From: Raillietiella orientalis
Taxonomy: Eukaryota
Direction: 5' to 3'
Length of the DNA: 64,000 nt
NCBI GenBank assembly: GCA_036172245.1
Contig: JAYWIR010000015.1
Location: 434,001-498,000 of the forward strand
Made by a program: the position numbers and the translations under genes. The notes under the pieces are model-generated. The model had not been told where the DNA came from. It was given only the letters and a program-made list of their open reading frames with translations, and did no database searches. Numbering within the stretch: position 1 is the stretch's first letter; the number at the start of each line of letters is the position of its first letter. Positions 25,201 to 36,700 of this stretch are shown here, piece by piece.

Positions 25201-28200
25201 TTTCCAACATTTAGTTTCATAAACAAGACAGTCAGTTCTTCTCATCAGCTTATTAAATTTACTCCCAGCTCATTAGCACATGATTATTCGCTTCCACTGC
25301 CTGAGCATCATCTTTGAACTGCATTTGAGATCTACTTCTGATTTAATAGAATATTTCAAATATTTTTGCTGCCATTGAATCCTAATTCTTTTGAGCCTAG
25401 AACTCAAAATCCTAAAGTAATATAAGCATATAAGTATCAAGCTAAGCACATAGACGTTACACCATATGGTAACGTCACAACAAGGACTTTATAGAAACTT
25501 GCAAACTTTTAAAACTTACAAGAATAATAATAGCATAAGTCATGGCAAATTTATTTTCAATAAAGTATACAGCTTTAAAAATTAAATTAATCAAAGATTT
25601 AATAATTCTTTAAAGCAAATTTAATAACAAAATGAATTTATATAAACTTTCCAGTTTTAAATATTATAACTGCAAAGTTCATAAAATCTCCCAAAATGCA
25701 AAACTTTTTGTTGAAAAGACCTCAGTTACATCAACAAACAACATACGGTGATGAAATGAAACTTTTAGCTTACAAATATACTGTTTACTTAGCTACTCAA
25801 CAGATAATTCAAAATTCACATCAGAAATTTTATACCGATGGACTTATATAAGATAAGAGAACTTGAATGTGCTTCTTTAAAGACTAGGATTCGGCAAAAA
25901 CACACATCTGTCAGTCTCCAAATCATATACCTGGTCTGAATTAGGATGTCTTCATTCTTGGGATTCAGAATACTTTTGCAAATGAGTTCTTGAGTAATAG
26001 CAATGGCTTGATTGTTTGAAATACACAATACTGATAGGTAATCCAAAAAACGCGGATCCCAAGTTTTTCTGTTGAGCCTTATAAGGCCTACAAAAGTCTC
26101 GACCTCAGCTGATGATATGTGTTTTTCTAACAGCTTGCGATTATTATGCAGTAATGCTGTAATAGTATCCTCCGCTAGGATATCATAGCCAATTTGTTTT
26201 TGCATGAAGCCAAAATGTTTGGCAATGTATTCCTGCAATAATTTTCCCTCTAACACACAAAATCTGCAATGACACACCTGGTTTTTACGATAATCTTGTT
26301 GGCTTAATCTGAGAATACGATAACAAAGACGAAAAACGAACTTATATGGTGCATTCTTAGCATCATTGAGTTCTTCAAGCTTCAAAAAGGATGACTGTTC
26401 AGCAAAAGGTACCTAGGACCTAGCTTAGTATTGCAAAATATGCATAACTTCTTACTTGAAGTATTTTAAATATAATATTCAGAACCCTTTGCTCTCGTAA
26501 AAGCTTTTGTCTATCTCTGTTAGGATTTTTGACTTCAACATCCAGTGCATCACCTCGGTTTTGTTCAAATTCTTGCGATCCAAGAAAGAAAATTATGTCC
26601 TGAAGTAGCATTATTAATGTTCTGAAAATATCGTTATTATTACAAAATAATCATTCAAGTACACCAACGCAAATTAAAAAAAACAGAATCACTATTTAAT
26701 AATTGAAATTCATAAGTAATAAAATGAAAGTTGAACTGTAATTTAAATCTTGAAGAATAGAGGCAAACCCCAAACAGCAACATGAGTGATATAGAAACAT
26801 TGTTCTTTTTTTTGCTTACAAAAACACAATCACAACATTTAAAAAGAATTGCAAAATAAAATGAAGCATACTTAGGTAGTCAAATTTAGATTCTACATTT
26901 ATATAAGAAATAGAAGTTATGAAAAAATTCTTCTATACAGTAGATTTACTTTTTAATCTAAGTACAAATCTGTAAAAGTATGTTATTTGCGAATTAATCC
27001 CCATATTTTATTTTTATATTCAACATTTGTGAATTAAAATTACACATTTACAAAAACAGAGGGGGAGGGGAGAATAGCACGAATACTGAAATTTCACAAA
27101 TGCATGGGTTTAAAAAAAAATCTTCTGAAAGTTAAATAAAACCAGAAGGATTGAATGAAATAATCAAAATAACTGACATCAATTTCTACGCTACTGGAGA
27201 ATTCAAGATTCACAATCACAAAACAAAATAAGCACAGATTTCACATATTGATTAGTTAATAAAGGAAGAACAGTTCTACAAACAATAGGAGGAAATTTAG
27301 TTATATATAGAAAAACTGAAGTTTGAAGTACTACATTTGGTGGAATCGATTTGAGCTAATTAGCACCTTTTACATAACAAATTCAAGGATTTCCTAAACA
27401 TAAAAAAATGTAGAATTGTTAGCAATAAAATGTAAAAAGCTGTACATGTTGAAAAGTCATCACGTCATTTGTTTTCAAACATGAATGTTTAGAGCATTAA
27501 AATTCCATCCACAAAATCAAATAAACAACATATAAAAACCATGCATGGAATTGAGCCTGGAAATGAATAAAAAATTTACTTTTGAAGATCTAATTCCCAA
27601 TAATGTTGAACACTAAAACACCTACCATGAAATTAAGAGTCAGTGTACAATATTTGTACCAAACATAATTTAATAAGCATTTGAAGAACATACATATGCA
27701 TGCACAGCACACATACACACCCATAAACATTAATTAACCTTTCTTTCCTTTTATGTTGTTGGAGTCAGGTACAATCTGACGGAAATAAATTCATAATTCA
27801 CAAAGAAATTAATAATTTAATCATAAGACCTGATACAAGTTGTAATACTTCTGCATTACTCAAATTTCTCTTTTTTACTAATGTTCTTTTTTTACTTATG
27901 TTTAATTCTAATTCATTTACGAATTTTTTTCCCTAGCATTTAATTGCTTAAAATTCATGCAAATTTTCTGAAGACTAAAATGTTTTGAAAGATTATAAAG
28001 ACAAGGAAAAGTTCTTCCTAATAAGCAATCTCGAAGTCCTTTTGAACTTCAAAATGTGTTTGAAAAACTACAACTAGTCGAATTACATGTAAGTTCCCAG
28101 TAAAATTTCTCACACAATTTGAAAGAGAAAAATTTTATAAAATAGATGCAAGAGAATTCAACACTTATTTTTATCACATTTATTATTATCAAAGAAATAG

Positions 28201-31200
28201 AAACAGTGAAATTAACACCTACCTGCGATCAGTGCCAGACATCTCACCTTGTTCCATGTTAGTTGCCATTGTCATTAAAACTTTGCATGCATCATTAGCA
28301 AAATCCAAATCCCTTACTTCGATAGGAGATACAGGGACAATGGAGAAGGCCTCTTTATCTTCTTTGATGATAGCACATCCTACCTACAAGATTACTGGTT
28401 GCCATGATTTCCTCCAGCAGCACTGACTTTACACATGACAGGCTTTTCTTCTGTTTTATCAATTGGTATAGACATGCTGTGCACCCAAGTTCCCGTACAA
28501 AGATGTCTTAGTCGAACGTAAGAAGGACAAGGAATAAGAGAATCACCACGAGTTAATGTTGTAGGGTCTAATTCAAAAATACTGGCAATATCATTATAGT
28601 CTGGGATGGCTACCAAACAGTAAACAGCAGAGTTACCTGAGCAAAGACAAAATAAATGGAAACATAAGATAAAATAGAACTCATATATAGCAAAAAGTAC
28701 AGTATTTATTACAAAATGTTTATAAAAATGCTGAATAAATTTTTTTTAAGAATATTTAAATCATAAATAACAAGAAGCAACAAAAACACTTGTTTCACCT
28801 CTAAGTTTATTACGCATTGGATCTACAACAGGATCTTCATCAATTTCAGCAGCAAGGTACATGCCAGTAGCTAAATGTTTAAAACGAAACAAGCTATTCC
28901 AATGTCCTGCTCCTCCACGGCATGGATCATGCTGTACTACCTAATGCAATCAAAATATAACCTTATAATTTTTATGTGAAAACTTACTTCTACCTCCCAC
29001 AAAGCTTTACTACTAGTAGCTGATGTGGCTGTAGTGCGACCTGTGGTTCGCAAAAACACGTGCTGTTTCTTCTTATATTCATCCATAGTTAAGAACTTTT
29101 CTTGTTCTGCATGAAAAAATCGCAGTACTACACCACCTTTCAAGATATCATCTTGATTTTCTCGGTGTTCCATGAACAATATGATTTTCCAGCACGTGCT
29201 TGAATTAACTACATTAACCTAAAGTACAACCTTATTAATTGTTACATTAGTCAAAGATGTATAAGTAAAGCAGTTTTTTTTTGATATAAACCTCTTTGCA
29301 GCCGGGATGATCGGGAAGTTCATGTGAAGAAGAAACATTTAAGTTTTGCTGTCCAGCATTCACAGGACTCAAAATGACCTTATCCCCAACAACAACATTA
29401 TCACCTAATGAGCGTAATTTATAGAATGGTAATATATGGAACCAAGATCCCTCATTTCCACAGGAATCTAGGTATACACGCATTGTATTCTTCTCAAGCA
29501 GAGCAGGCAAGCGTTTGTTCACAGTGAGATACTTATTAGATTTTAGGTGAAGAAGCTAAAATGTGAACTTGTGAATGAATGAAAAGAAGAAGTATTTCAT
29601 ACTTGAATAATTCCACCATATTGAATGACTGTTCCAAAAACTTTTTTATTTTCAATTTCATTCTGCTTCCTTTCTATTTCTGCTGCATGCTTTAGAAACA
29701 AAAAAAAATTACAAACTCAAATAATACTGCAAATATTGCACTACACAATAAACGCCATGATACATACATAAACTCTGTAAGTGGAATGTTCAAGCTTAGA
29801 TAGTTAAGCTCAGTTTTTTTATTAATATATACACCTGATAAACACATGCTTTCATAAAATTTATCAAACTTGAAGTCAATATAAATCGAAAAAACGAAAA
29901 GTAACATAACCTCTATTAGGAACCTAAACAATATCTAAAGTAGCTATTCTGAGACCACTGAAAGTAAGACATATAGATATATAATTTTAATTCATTAAGA
30001 AATTTTTTAAGACGGTGTATATATATATACATATACACACACACACACATATATACATGCTACAATTGACAAAAGTAGTTTATCTGAAGTTCTGCCCACA
30101 AACTGATGACGGAGACTTGGTAGTACTCTATGGAATAACAAATTCTTGTAAAGGTATGGATGAAATGAAAACTGCATCAAGATTTAAAGAAAAGATTTTA
30201 AACATAAATTAGAATTTCATAAACAAATTTCTAATCTAATTCTTGATATTCAACTAAAGAGCAGCAACCATGCAAAAGAATGTGTAACTGTTCTGAATAG
30301 AAATCTTATGCAAGAAAGTTAAATGGAAGATAACTGATGATCACACAAAACAAAGAATGAGATGGCATGGATACGGGGGCAATAATTCACCTCAAGAATG
30401 ATACCTCGAGAATTTCTTGTTAAACATACCCAGTTTTTCAATGGGCTCTGACAATCACTATATAATGTTAAAAAACAAATTTATTTTACAGCATCATGAA
30501 AAGCAAAATAAGGGGTGCTTGTTTTATCTCTGTACTAGATTTCATCCATAATTCCATCCATTCATACAAGCCTTCAAGATTACAGAAGTGATTTTGAAAA
30601 ATATATGAATTTGATTTAGACAGAATTCAAAACTTTACTGACAAGACTTTATTTGTACCCTTAGAAGCTCTCCTCTGAGGCATCACATGAAGTATGTTTG
30701 AACTCAAGCAGGAAGTGGATAAGAAATACTGAACATTGCTACTTACATGCAATCTTTTCAGAAGTACTGCATCAGCTGCTGTGCAAGCACTCTGCTTGGC
30801 AGTTTTCCAAAATTGTTTTTGGGCAGAGTAACGATTCATTGGGAATATTTTAAAAAGGCAATCTATAATAAGTGTGTTTCTCTTTAAGCATGTAGAACAC
30901 AGATGTGCACTTAATTGCAAACAATTTATATTTTAAGCTTTACAAAGTAGTTTAGTTAAAAATAAAAATTAGCTATCATTATTCTGCTATATTCTTGGGT
31001 AAATATCTTGCACACAATGAAGACAAGTAAAGAAAACAAAAGTGTAAATAAAATACTTCGTACATTTTTAGTTTCTGACACAAGAATAAAGTAAATGAAC
31101 AATTACCTCGAAATTTGTTTGGTGGATTTACAGAATTTCCAGATGATGGATCCACAACTACCCGATTATCAACAAGACTAAAAAAGATTGTAATAATTTT

Positions 31201-33760
31201 TTTTTGCTTAATCAAAATTGCAGTAATTTTCCAATCTTTTACAGTATCTGACAATTACAAAATTACCAAATACTGTAAAATTTGAAATTGCAATTTAGAT
31301 CAATGAAAGAACATATAATCAGAATATTAAAATCAATATTTCAAAATAGTAAAGGAATACAATTTATAATAACTGCGCAATTATCCAATTTTGAGGCTCT
31401 CTTTTAGTATTAAATATTTAACAATTTTAAGGATTTGTGTGCAAATGAATACAAACCCTTGTTGGTATAAATATAGAAATGTGGACTGTGATTACAACAG
31501 GTGGATTCTTTGAAATAAAAACTGATTTTGAATGGTTTCAATTTCTTTGCTTACTTTCTGTACAAACAAAAATTCATTTATCTTTGCTTGTATCTTAATT
31601 TCACTTGATTTTCTCAAAAATTTGGAAACTGAATAAGAAAAACGCTGAAGGCCTTAAAAATGAAGTTTTCAGGGTTCCTATAACATTAACACACGTTTGC
31701 CTGCATGCAGTATTTATTTATATATCCTAAATTAAAACAATCTCTACTTTCTTCTGAACCAGCTAAAGAACAGACATTACTCTTCCATGTTCATTAAAAT
31801 TATCAGAGCACATGTTTCATTTACATAAATGGTCTCTTTTTATGTCAGTTCTCTAATGCTGCATGTAAGAACACCAAAATAAACTATCATTTGCATCTTG
31901 TATTAAATGATTATGAATCAATATTGAAAGCTTTTGAAGAAATAAAAAATGAAAACAACGAATTTCGTGACTAATGTGTATAAATTTTATATTCTATTCT
32001 CTAGTTGCAGTTTCTAAAGGCATTAAGTACTCAGTAATTAAATAGCCACTTAACTAAGAGGAAATGTGAAAATTTCTCATCATTAATCTATAATGAGGAA
32101 ATTCATACATTTGGGAATAATAACATTACATGCAATAAAAACATTTATGCAAGTGATATATGTACTTTTGTTGGTCTGAGAAAGGCAAATTAAGATTTAC
32201 AATTTTGAGATTCATAAAATGTACTGTAAAGAAGATTTTATGCTGGAGGAGGGAGGGGAGCCTACAGAGTGCAAATTACCATATAAACAAAAAGCTGAAT
32301 TCATATCATGCAATAAGGAAATTTATCTATTAAACTTTTTTTAAAACTCCTTGTCAATTATGCACTTCAAAACAAAAAACACCAACTCAGCTATGATTTT
32401 TATTATTAGAACCTTGACAAAAAATATTCATTAATACCTTTATCAACAATAACATGCCTTTTCAAATTTTTCAAATGTTGAGTTTCTAGTTGGTAGCATT
32501 ATAAATTATTTTTCAAGCTACACCACGATATTGACACCCGATTTATACCTGTTATGAAGATGTTTCATTAGTTAATTTCATTATCACAATCATTGCATAA
32601 TTTATTCAGAAGCTGATTAAATGTAAAGCAAGCATAGCATTTTCCATTTTAGTGTCCTCATATTTTACAAAATTCGGGGAAGAAATGCCCACTTTTCCTC
32701 ATCATGAGTACAACACTTAAGTTGACACTCCTATATTAGGATGAAAAGAAATGCACCAAGTAACAAATAGTCTGTAGCTTTATTATTCACAACAATTTGA
32801 TGCTTGATTATTTTCAATACACCAAGTTCTGAAACATTACAGGTGATGTGAGAAACTTTAAACCACTCTCATGGATATCATGGATAATGGCTTTGATTGC
32901 CTCTCATAATCCTTTTGCAGTGCAACTGAGTTTTTCTTTTTATTCTTGTTCTTTTTATTCTTCACTAGCTACTGATGTGGTTTATTGTTTATAATTTTCT
33001 GATTTCTTGCTATATTGCGAGTAAAAACGAAAGATAAACTGTCAGAAAAATTCAATGAACTAAAAATGTATGTTTACGCTAAACTTTGATGCAACCGCAC
33101 GCAATCTTGCATTAGAATTATCTGCTGCTAAAATTAAATAATGAAGAATATCCAGATAATGAATCTACGTATACCTATGTTTTCAGGAAATTTTCCCGTC
33201 CTTTCTGTAAATAAGGTCCTGCAAAGCTGACTAATATAACCAAGATTTACAACAAATAAATGCCTGTAACTACAGTAAACGACATAATCTTTTACTATTA
33301 AATTCCTGTTATGCACACATGGGCTTTCTTCATGTTTATATCAATAAACAATTTATAAATTTATTACATACTCAATATTCAATTGCAATATTGTAATTGT
33401 AATACATATTGTAATTTCTGAAACCAAACAAAACGTTTTAACGTTGCAAATAAGGTCCATACTGTATTGATTCTGATTCCCTTCATAGAGTGTTACTTAA
33501 GATATATCACCGTGTTGCATTGTTGAACTGTGAAATTAGAGAAAATTATCTCGTAATATTTGTTCACTTCCTTTTAAAATTTACGTATTTTGTCCAAAGA
33601 TTTTTCATCCACTAATTGATGTAACAAGTTTTTGAACATTATTTTGAAAAATGGTACTGTACCCTAAAGTACTTATGAATCCATTAACAGCTCCTTCAGA
33701 ATAAAGAGAAACAATATCCCCCATGGACAAAAAGGACGTAGGTCCAACAATTTCACCCAT
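15686..33760 (-). CDS. Itpr: Inositol 1,4,5-trisphosphate receptor, full gene span, 35 coding exons, about 2,653 aa
   Basis: N-terminus [25 protein letters not shown]3-binding motifs [28 protein letters not shown]-associated [11 protein letters not shown]; transmembrane segments; pore [12 protein letters not shown]6 [17 protein letters not shown]; Zn finger CFVCG...EH; C-terminal coiled coil. The 34 traced introns keep phase and the exons sum to 7962 nt. Confidence 0.97.
16312..16611 (-). CDS. Itpr: Itpr exon 34 (TM5, pore)
   Basis: [20 protein letters not shown]...[13 protein letters not shown]. Confidence 0.95.
16661..17314 (-). CDS. Itpr: Itpr exon 33 (TM1-TM4 region)
   Basis: [23 protein letters not shown]...HPFFYSLL. 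Confidence 0.93.
17364..17588 (-). CDS. Itpr: Itpr exon 32 (followed by a GC donor)
   Basis: [16 protein letters not shown]...HTGQIE|gcaagg. Confidence 0.88.
17638..18045 (-). CDS. Itpr: Itpr exon 31
   Basis: NFLRHQ...[21 protein letters not shown]...[12 protein letters not shown]. Confidence 0.94.
18098..18393 (-). CDS. Itpr: Itpr exon 30
   Basis: ...[20 protein letters not shown]; 5' boundary lies in a variable region. Confidence 0.82.
18440..18814 (-). CDS. Itpr: Itpr exon 29
   Basis: [13 protein letters not shown]...[11 protein letters not shown]. Confidence 0.88.
18860..18965 (-). CDS. Itpr: Itpr exon 28
   Basis: [13 protein letters not shown]... Confidence 0.82.
19043..19154 (-). 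CDS. Itpr: Itpr exon 27
   Basis: [27 protein letters not shown]. Confidence 0.9.
19197..19381 (-). CDS. Itpr: Itpr exon 26
   Basis: [23 protein letters not shown]. Confidence 0.9.
19442..19566 (-). CDS. Itpr: Itpr exon 25
   Basis: Phase-consistent exon with AG/GT flanks in a variable region. Confidence 0.78.
19612..19732 (-). CDS. Itpr: Itpr exon 24
   Basis: AHKPLINQL...CDWLS...CLRIL. Confidence 0.85.
19782..20291 (-). CDS. Itpr: Itpr exon 23
   Basis: YHIELVNLL...TEIKCHSLL...[13 protein letters not shown]. Confidence 0.93.
20344..20544 (-). CDS. Itpr: Itpr exon 22
   Basis: [11 protein letters not shown]...HFVHCI...CQDIVMQE. Confidence 0.92.
20589..20855 (-). CDS. Itpr: Itpr exon 21
   Basis: [11 protein letters not shown]...[16 protein letters not shown]. 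Confidence 0.92.
20911..21189 (-). CDS. Itpr: Itpr exon 20
   Basis: [15 protein letters not shown]...[10 protein letters not shown]. Confidence 0.9.
21255..21420 (-). CDS. Itpr: Itpr exon 19
   Basis: [16 protein letters not shown]...[11 protein letters not shown]. Confidence 0.92.
22567..22739 (-). CDS. Itpr: Itpr exon 18
   Basis: [22 protein letters not shown]. Confidence 0.9.
22784..22941 (-). CDS. Itpr: Itpr exon 17
   Basis: ...[13 protein letters not shown]; acceptor position less certain. Confidence 0.82.
23182..23329 (-). CDS. Itpr: Itpr exon 16
   Basis: [31 protein letters not shown]. Confidence 0.9.
23374..23524 (-). CDS. Itpr: Itpr exon 15
   Basis: FVESYLENI...EQNKLTYE. Confidence 0.9.
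23579..23910 (-). CDS. Itpr: Itpr exon 14
   Basis: [21 protein letters not shown]...HVDRDPQE...KYARLW. Confidence 0.92.
23958..24075 (-). CDS. Itpr: Itpr exon 13
   Basis: MIRTEKE...[11 protein letters not shown]; phase matches neighbouring exons. Confidence 0.85.
25931..26232 (-). CDS. Itpr: Itpr exon 12
   Basis: [39 protein letters not shown]. Confidence 0.92.
26278..26412 (-). CDS. Itpr: Itpr exon 11
   Basis: VPF...[18 protein letters not shown]. Confidence 0.9.
26456..26621 (-). CDS. Itpr: Itpr exon 10
   Basis: LLQDIIFFL...[23 protein letters not shown]. Confidence 0.92.
28223..28383 (-). CDS. Itpr: Itpr exon 9
   Basis: [32 protein letters not shown]. Confidence 0.92.
28428..28636 (-). 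CDS. Itpr: Itpr exon 8
   Basis: [10 protein letters not shown]...[16 protein letters not shown]...KPVMCK. Confidence 0.92.
28799..28940 (-). CDS. Itpr: Itpr exon 7
   Basis: [32 protein letters not shown]. Confidence 0.93.
28988..29218 (-). CDS. Itpr: Itpr exon 6
   Basis: [12 protein letters not shown]...[23 protein letters not shown]. Confidence 0.93.
29292..29555 (-). CDS. Itpr: Itpr exon 5
   Basis: [23 protein letters not shown]...HPGCKE. Confidence 0.93.
29603..29689 (-). CDS. Itpr: Itpr exon 4
   Basis: [29 protein letters not shown]. Confidence 0.92.
30017..30055. repeat. Compound (TA)n/(CA)n microsatellite in Itpr intron 3
   Basis: tgtatatatatatacatatacacacacacacacatatatac. Confidence 0.8.
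30747..30862 (-). CDS. Itpr: Itpr exon 3
   Basis: [20 protein letters not shown]...LLKRLH. Confidence 0.92.
31107..31177 (-). CDS. Itpr: Itpr exon 2
   Basis: [27 protein letters not shown] flanks. Confidence 0.9.
33663..33760 (-). CDS. Itpr: Itpr coding exon 1
   Basis: [35 protein letters not shown] donor at 33662. Confidence 0.9.
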
Positions 33761-36700
33761 AATTTGGCTTTTCAAGGATAATCTTTAATCTTTCATTTTA
33801 GCGCATGATTCTGGAAAAAAATTCGTGAAATTATTCACATAGTCTATTATCTGTTTCAGAATACATTCTTGAAGCATTAAAACACACTTTATTCTTTTCA
33901 GGATACTTGATATTCACTAAGCATTGAATAAGGTATCCCGAAATCTGAGCAATCACATCTTAAAATCAAAGCAAAGGAAATGTGCGAACGTTAGATTTCT
34001 TACACAAATAGAGAAAAACCTCATCACCCTCCTTCCTAGCAAGTGCTGCATGGTAACTAACATTCATCATTGAATTTTTTGAAACTTGTCATGAGACAAG
34101 GTTGCCAAGTAAGACGTAAAAGCATATCCTCTAGTGTGATCGTGCATCCGCTCCTGCGAGTAGGTGTAACAAATAATAAAGAACAGAAATAAAGAAAGCT
34201 TAAAAATAGACATTCATTACCACCGTAAGATAACTGCTCTATTTCATTAAAGGTCGTAATGAGCTAAAAAGACTATATTCGTGAGTCTTCAGATTTTATT
34301 GAATTTTGTTATGTTTATTGCTTTTTAGATCTTTATAAGACCTTTTTTTCTGATCACTCTAGATTTCAAGTTGAGAACTTTTGTTTTTAATGTTTATTAG
34401 AAATTATATATGGAAAGTTTGAATTTTATTAGATCTGAACTCATTAAATAAACTCTTGAGTATTCGTTTGAGTTATCTCGATGAAGCATCGGGTTGAGAG
34501 TTTAAGATAATGCATATTCAAATTGTGTAGGAGGTTTTGTTTTATGAAGCTTTGTTTTGATGCATTTTGCTTCTTCCAGTGGAAAAAAATGGTGAACAAT
34601 TAAAGTAATCACGAAAATACGATTTCATTTTAAAGAAAGAATGGAGATCATAGTTTCAAAACATTACAATTTCGGGATATTTGAATAGTGAAAAACCAAT
34701 CAACACTCTACATATATGCAAAAGCGCAGAACTATTAATATGGAATGTAAGAAAAGAGAACTCTATCAGTAAAGTGGTATCATTCATAAGCAAAGCAGAA
34801 AATGAATCATTAGATGTAAATATACATTTCATCTGATTATTAGAACGAGGTTAATCTTTAACATTTGCTCCGGATGTAAATATCTTATTTCCATAGAGAT
34901 ATTCAAATTAATGCAAACATAAGTTTCTACGTGCTCAGAACTAATAGAAGGGGATGTCATGAAATACATAGATGATGTCATGAAAATCTTTTGTGTTAGC
35001 TTCTGATACTAAGAATTCAGAAATCATACAGCTATGATCATCGCAGAGCTGAAATTATCCAAGCTTTGAGTAAGTATTGATCATGAGATATTCGTGAGAA
35101 ATGAACCAGTGGCCGAAAAAACAAGAATATTTGGATGCTATACATTAGGATGATGATTTTGAAATCTTTCACATGAAATTAGATGACAATTTATTCTCAT
35201 CTTGGATACGACAATCTTTGTTCACAGTTTTCCCCCTTCAATAGTTTTATTTGTTTTTCTTTTTAATTTTTCATAGATTACTTGAAGAAAAAAAACGGAT
35301 GGAATATATGGATTAAAATGGATGGAAAGAACCATGTCTACCAACCTTGCAATTTTTTTTTTTTTTACAATATAAACACATACTGCCTTTTAGCTTTTTC
35401 CAAAAGTCTTCTAAAGTAACACAGCATAGTAATAATACGATTTCGGAGCATTTGTTTTAGTCTTCAGTTTTTGCGTGAACTGTTTGAATCCATGATTTTT
35501 TTTTTTCTCATGTAAACATGGATATGTTATCGAGATGTAACTTTAATCTGATTCTTTCCCCAAGACTTAATTTGCATTCACATAGCTAAGCATCCTTCAT
35601 AACCGACGTGGCTGTGCATAGCATGCTAATTCCACGTTCATTAAGCAAAAGGACAATCTTTACTCATACAGTAAAAGCACTGAATGAATTCTTGCTGCTG
35701 TTGAAACGCAACGCTTTCGGTTTATGTCTAAGCGAAAAATAAATTTCGCTTAGAAATAAAAGTGCTGCCGGTTATTTGATTTTCACACATTCTTTGCGTT
35801 GATTTCTACCGACATTGCTTATTCGTAGAATCTCAGAGGATGAGGTTTCCTTTCTATTTCGCAAAGTAGGGTGGCAACAAACTTTGCATCCATCATTTCT
35901 ACTTGTAGTGGATTTCACAAATTGGATCCTTTTTTTTAGATTGGATTCAAAGTTCGTCGTAGTTATTCTTTTTTACTGCAATCATGCCTAACAGAAGGAT
36001 ATCGTGAGCCTAGAATTAATAAAGCATCGGAAAGCTCAGAGTGTATCTAAACAGAAACTGAAACTTTCCAGCTGGCCATAGGATTTCAAGAACGAACCTT
36101 TATATAAATAAACACGAATTACGTGTGATTGCAAACTGAAACTCTGATGAATCAGTCGAGTGCCTTAAGAAATAATCGAAGAAGTTTTCATGCTTGTATG
36201 TGAAAGTCAGAGCAGTCCTCGTAGTTAGTCACAAAGGTCAAATCTTGTGTTAAACTGAATTGTGTCTTGGTAGATGAATAGGAAGATGATGTACTTGTAG
36301 TAGAAGGATGGATTATGGAGCGAATGAATTTTAAATCGTGTTTACAGCACGAAATTTCGAAGTTTCTCTGACGTCTACTAAAAGCTGAATCGACTATGGA
36401 GTGTTACCCTAAGATTAAGCGTTTCGATTCTGCGAATGCATCGAATTATTTCTTTGTATTGAAAGAAACAGTTTTCTCTCAGGAAACTGTTTCTTTAGAT
36501 GATGAATTTTCAAGTTTCATATTTGCGTCTAATCGAAATTCAATAATTCGTCAAATGAAGAAAAGTGTTTCTGCTCTGTTGATTGAACTTTACCTTTCAA
36601 GTTAATTTCCAATCAAACGAAACAAGGACATAAAGATGACCTAGGTCGAAGTGGTTTAATCGGATATGCTCAACAAACATGCAAGCCGGAAAAAATTCGT

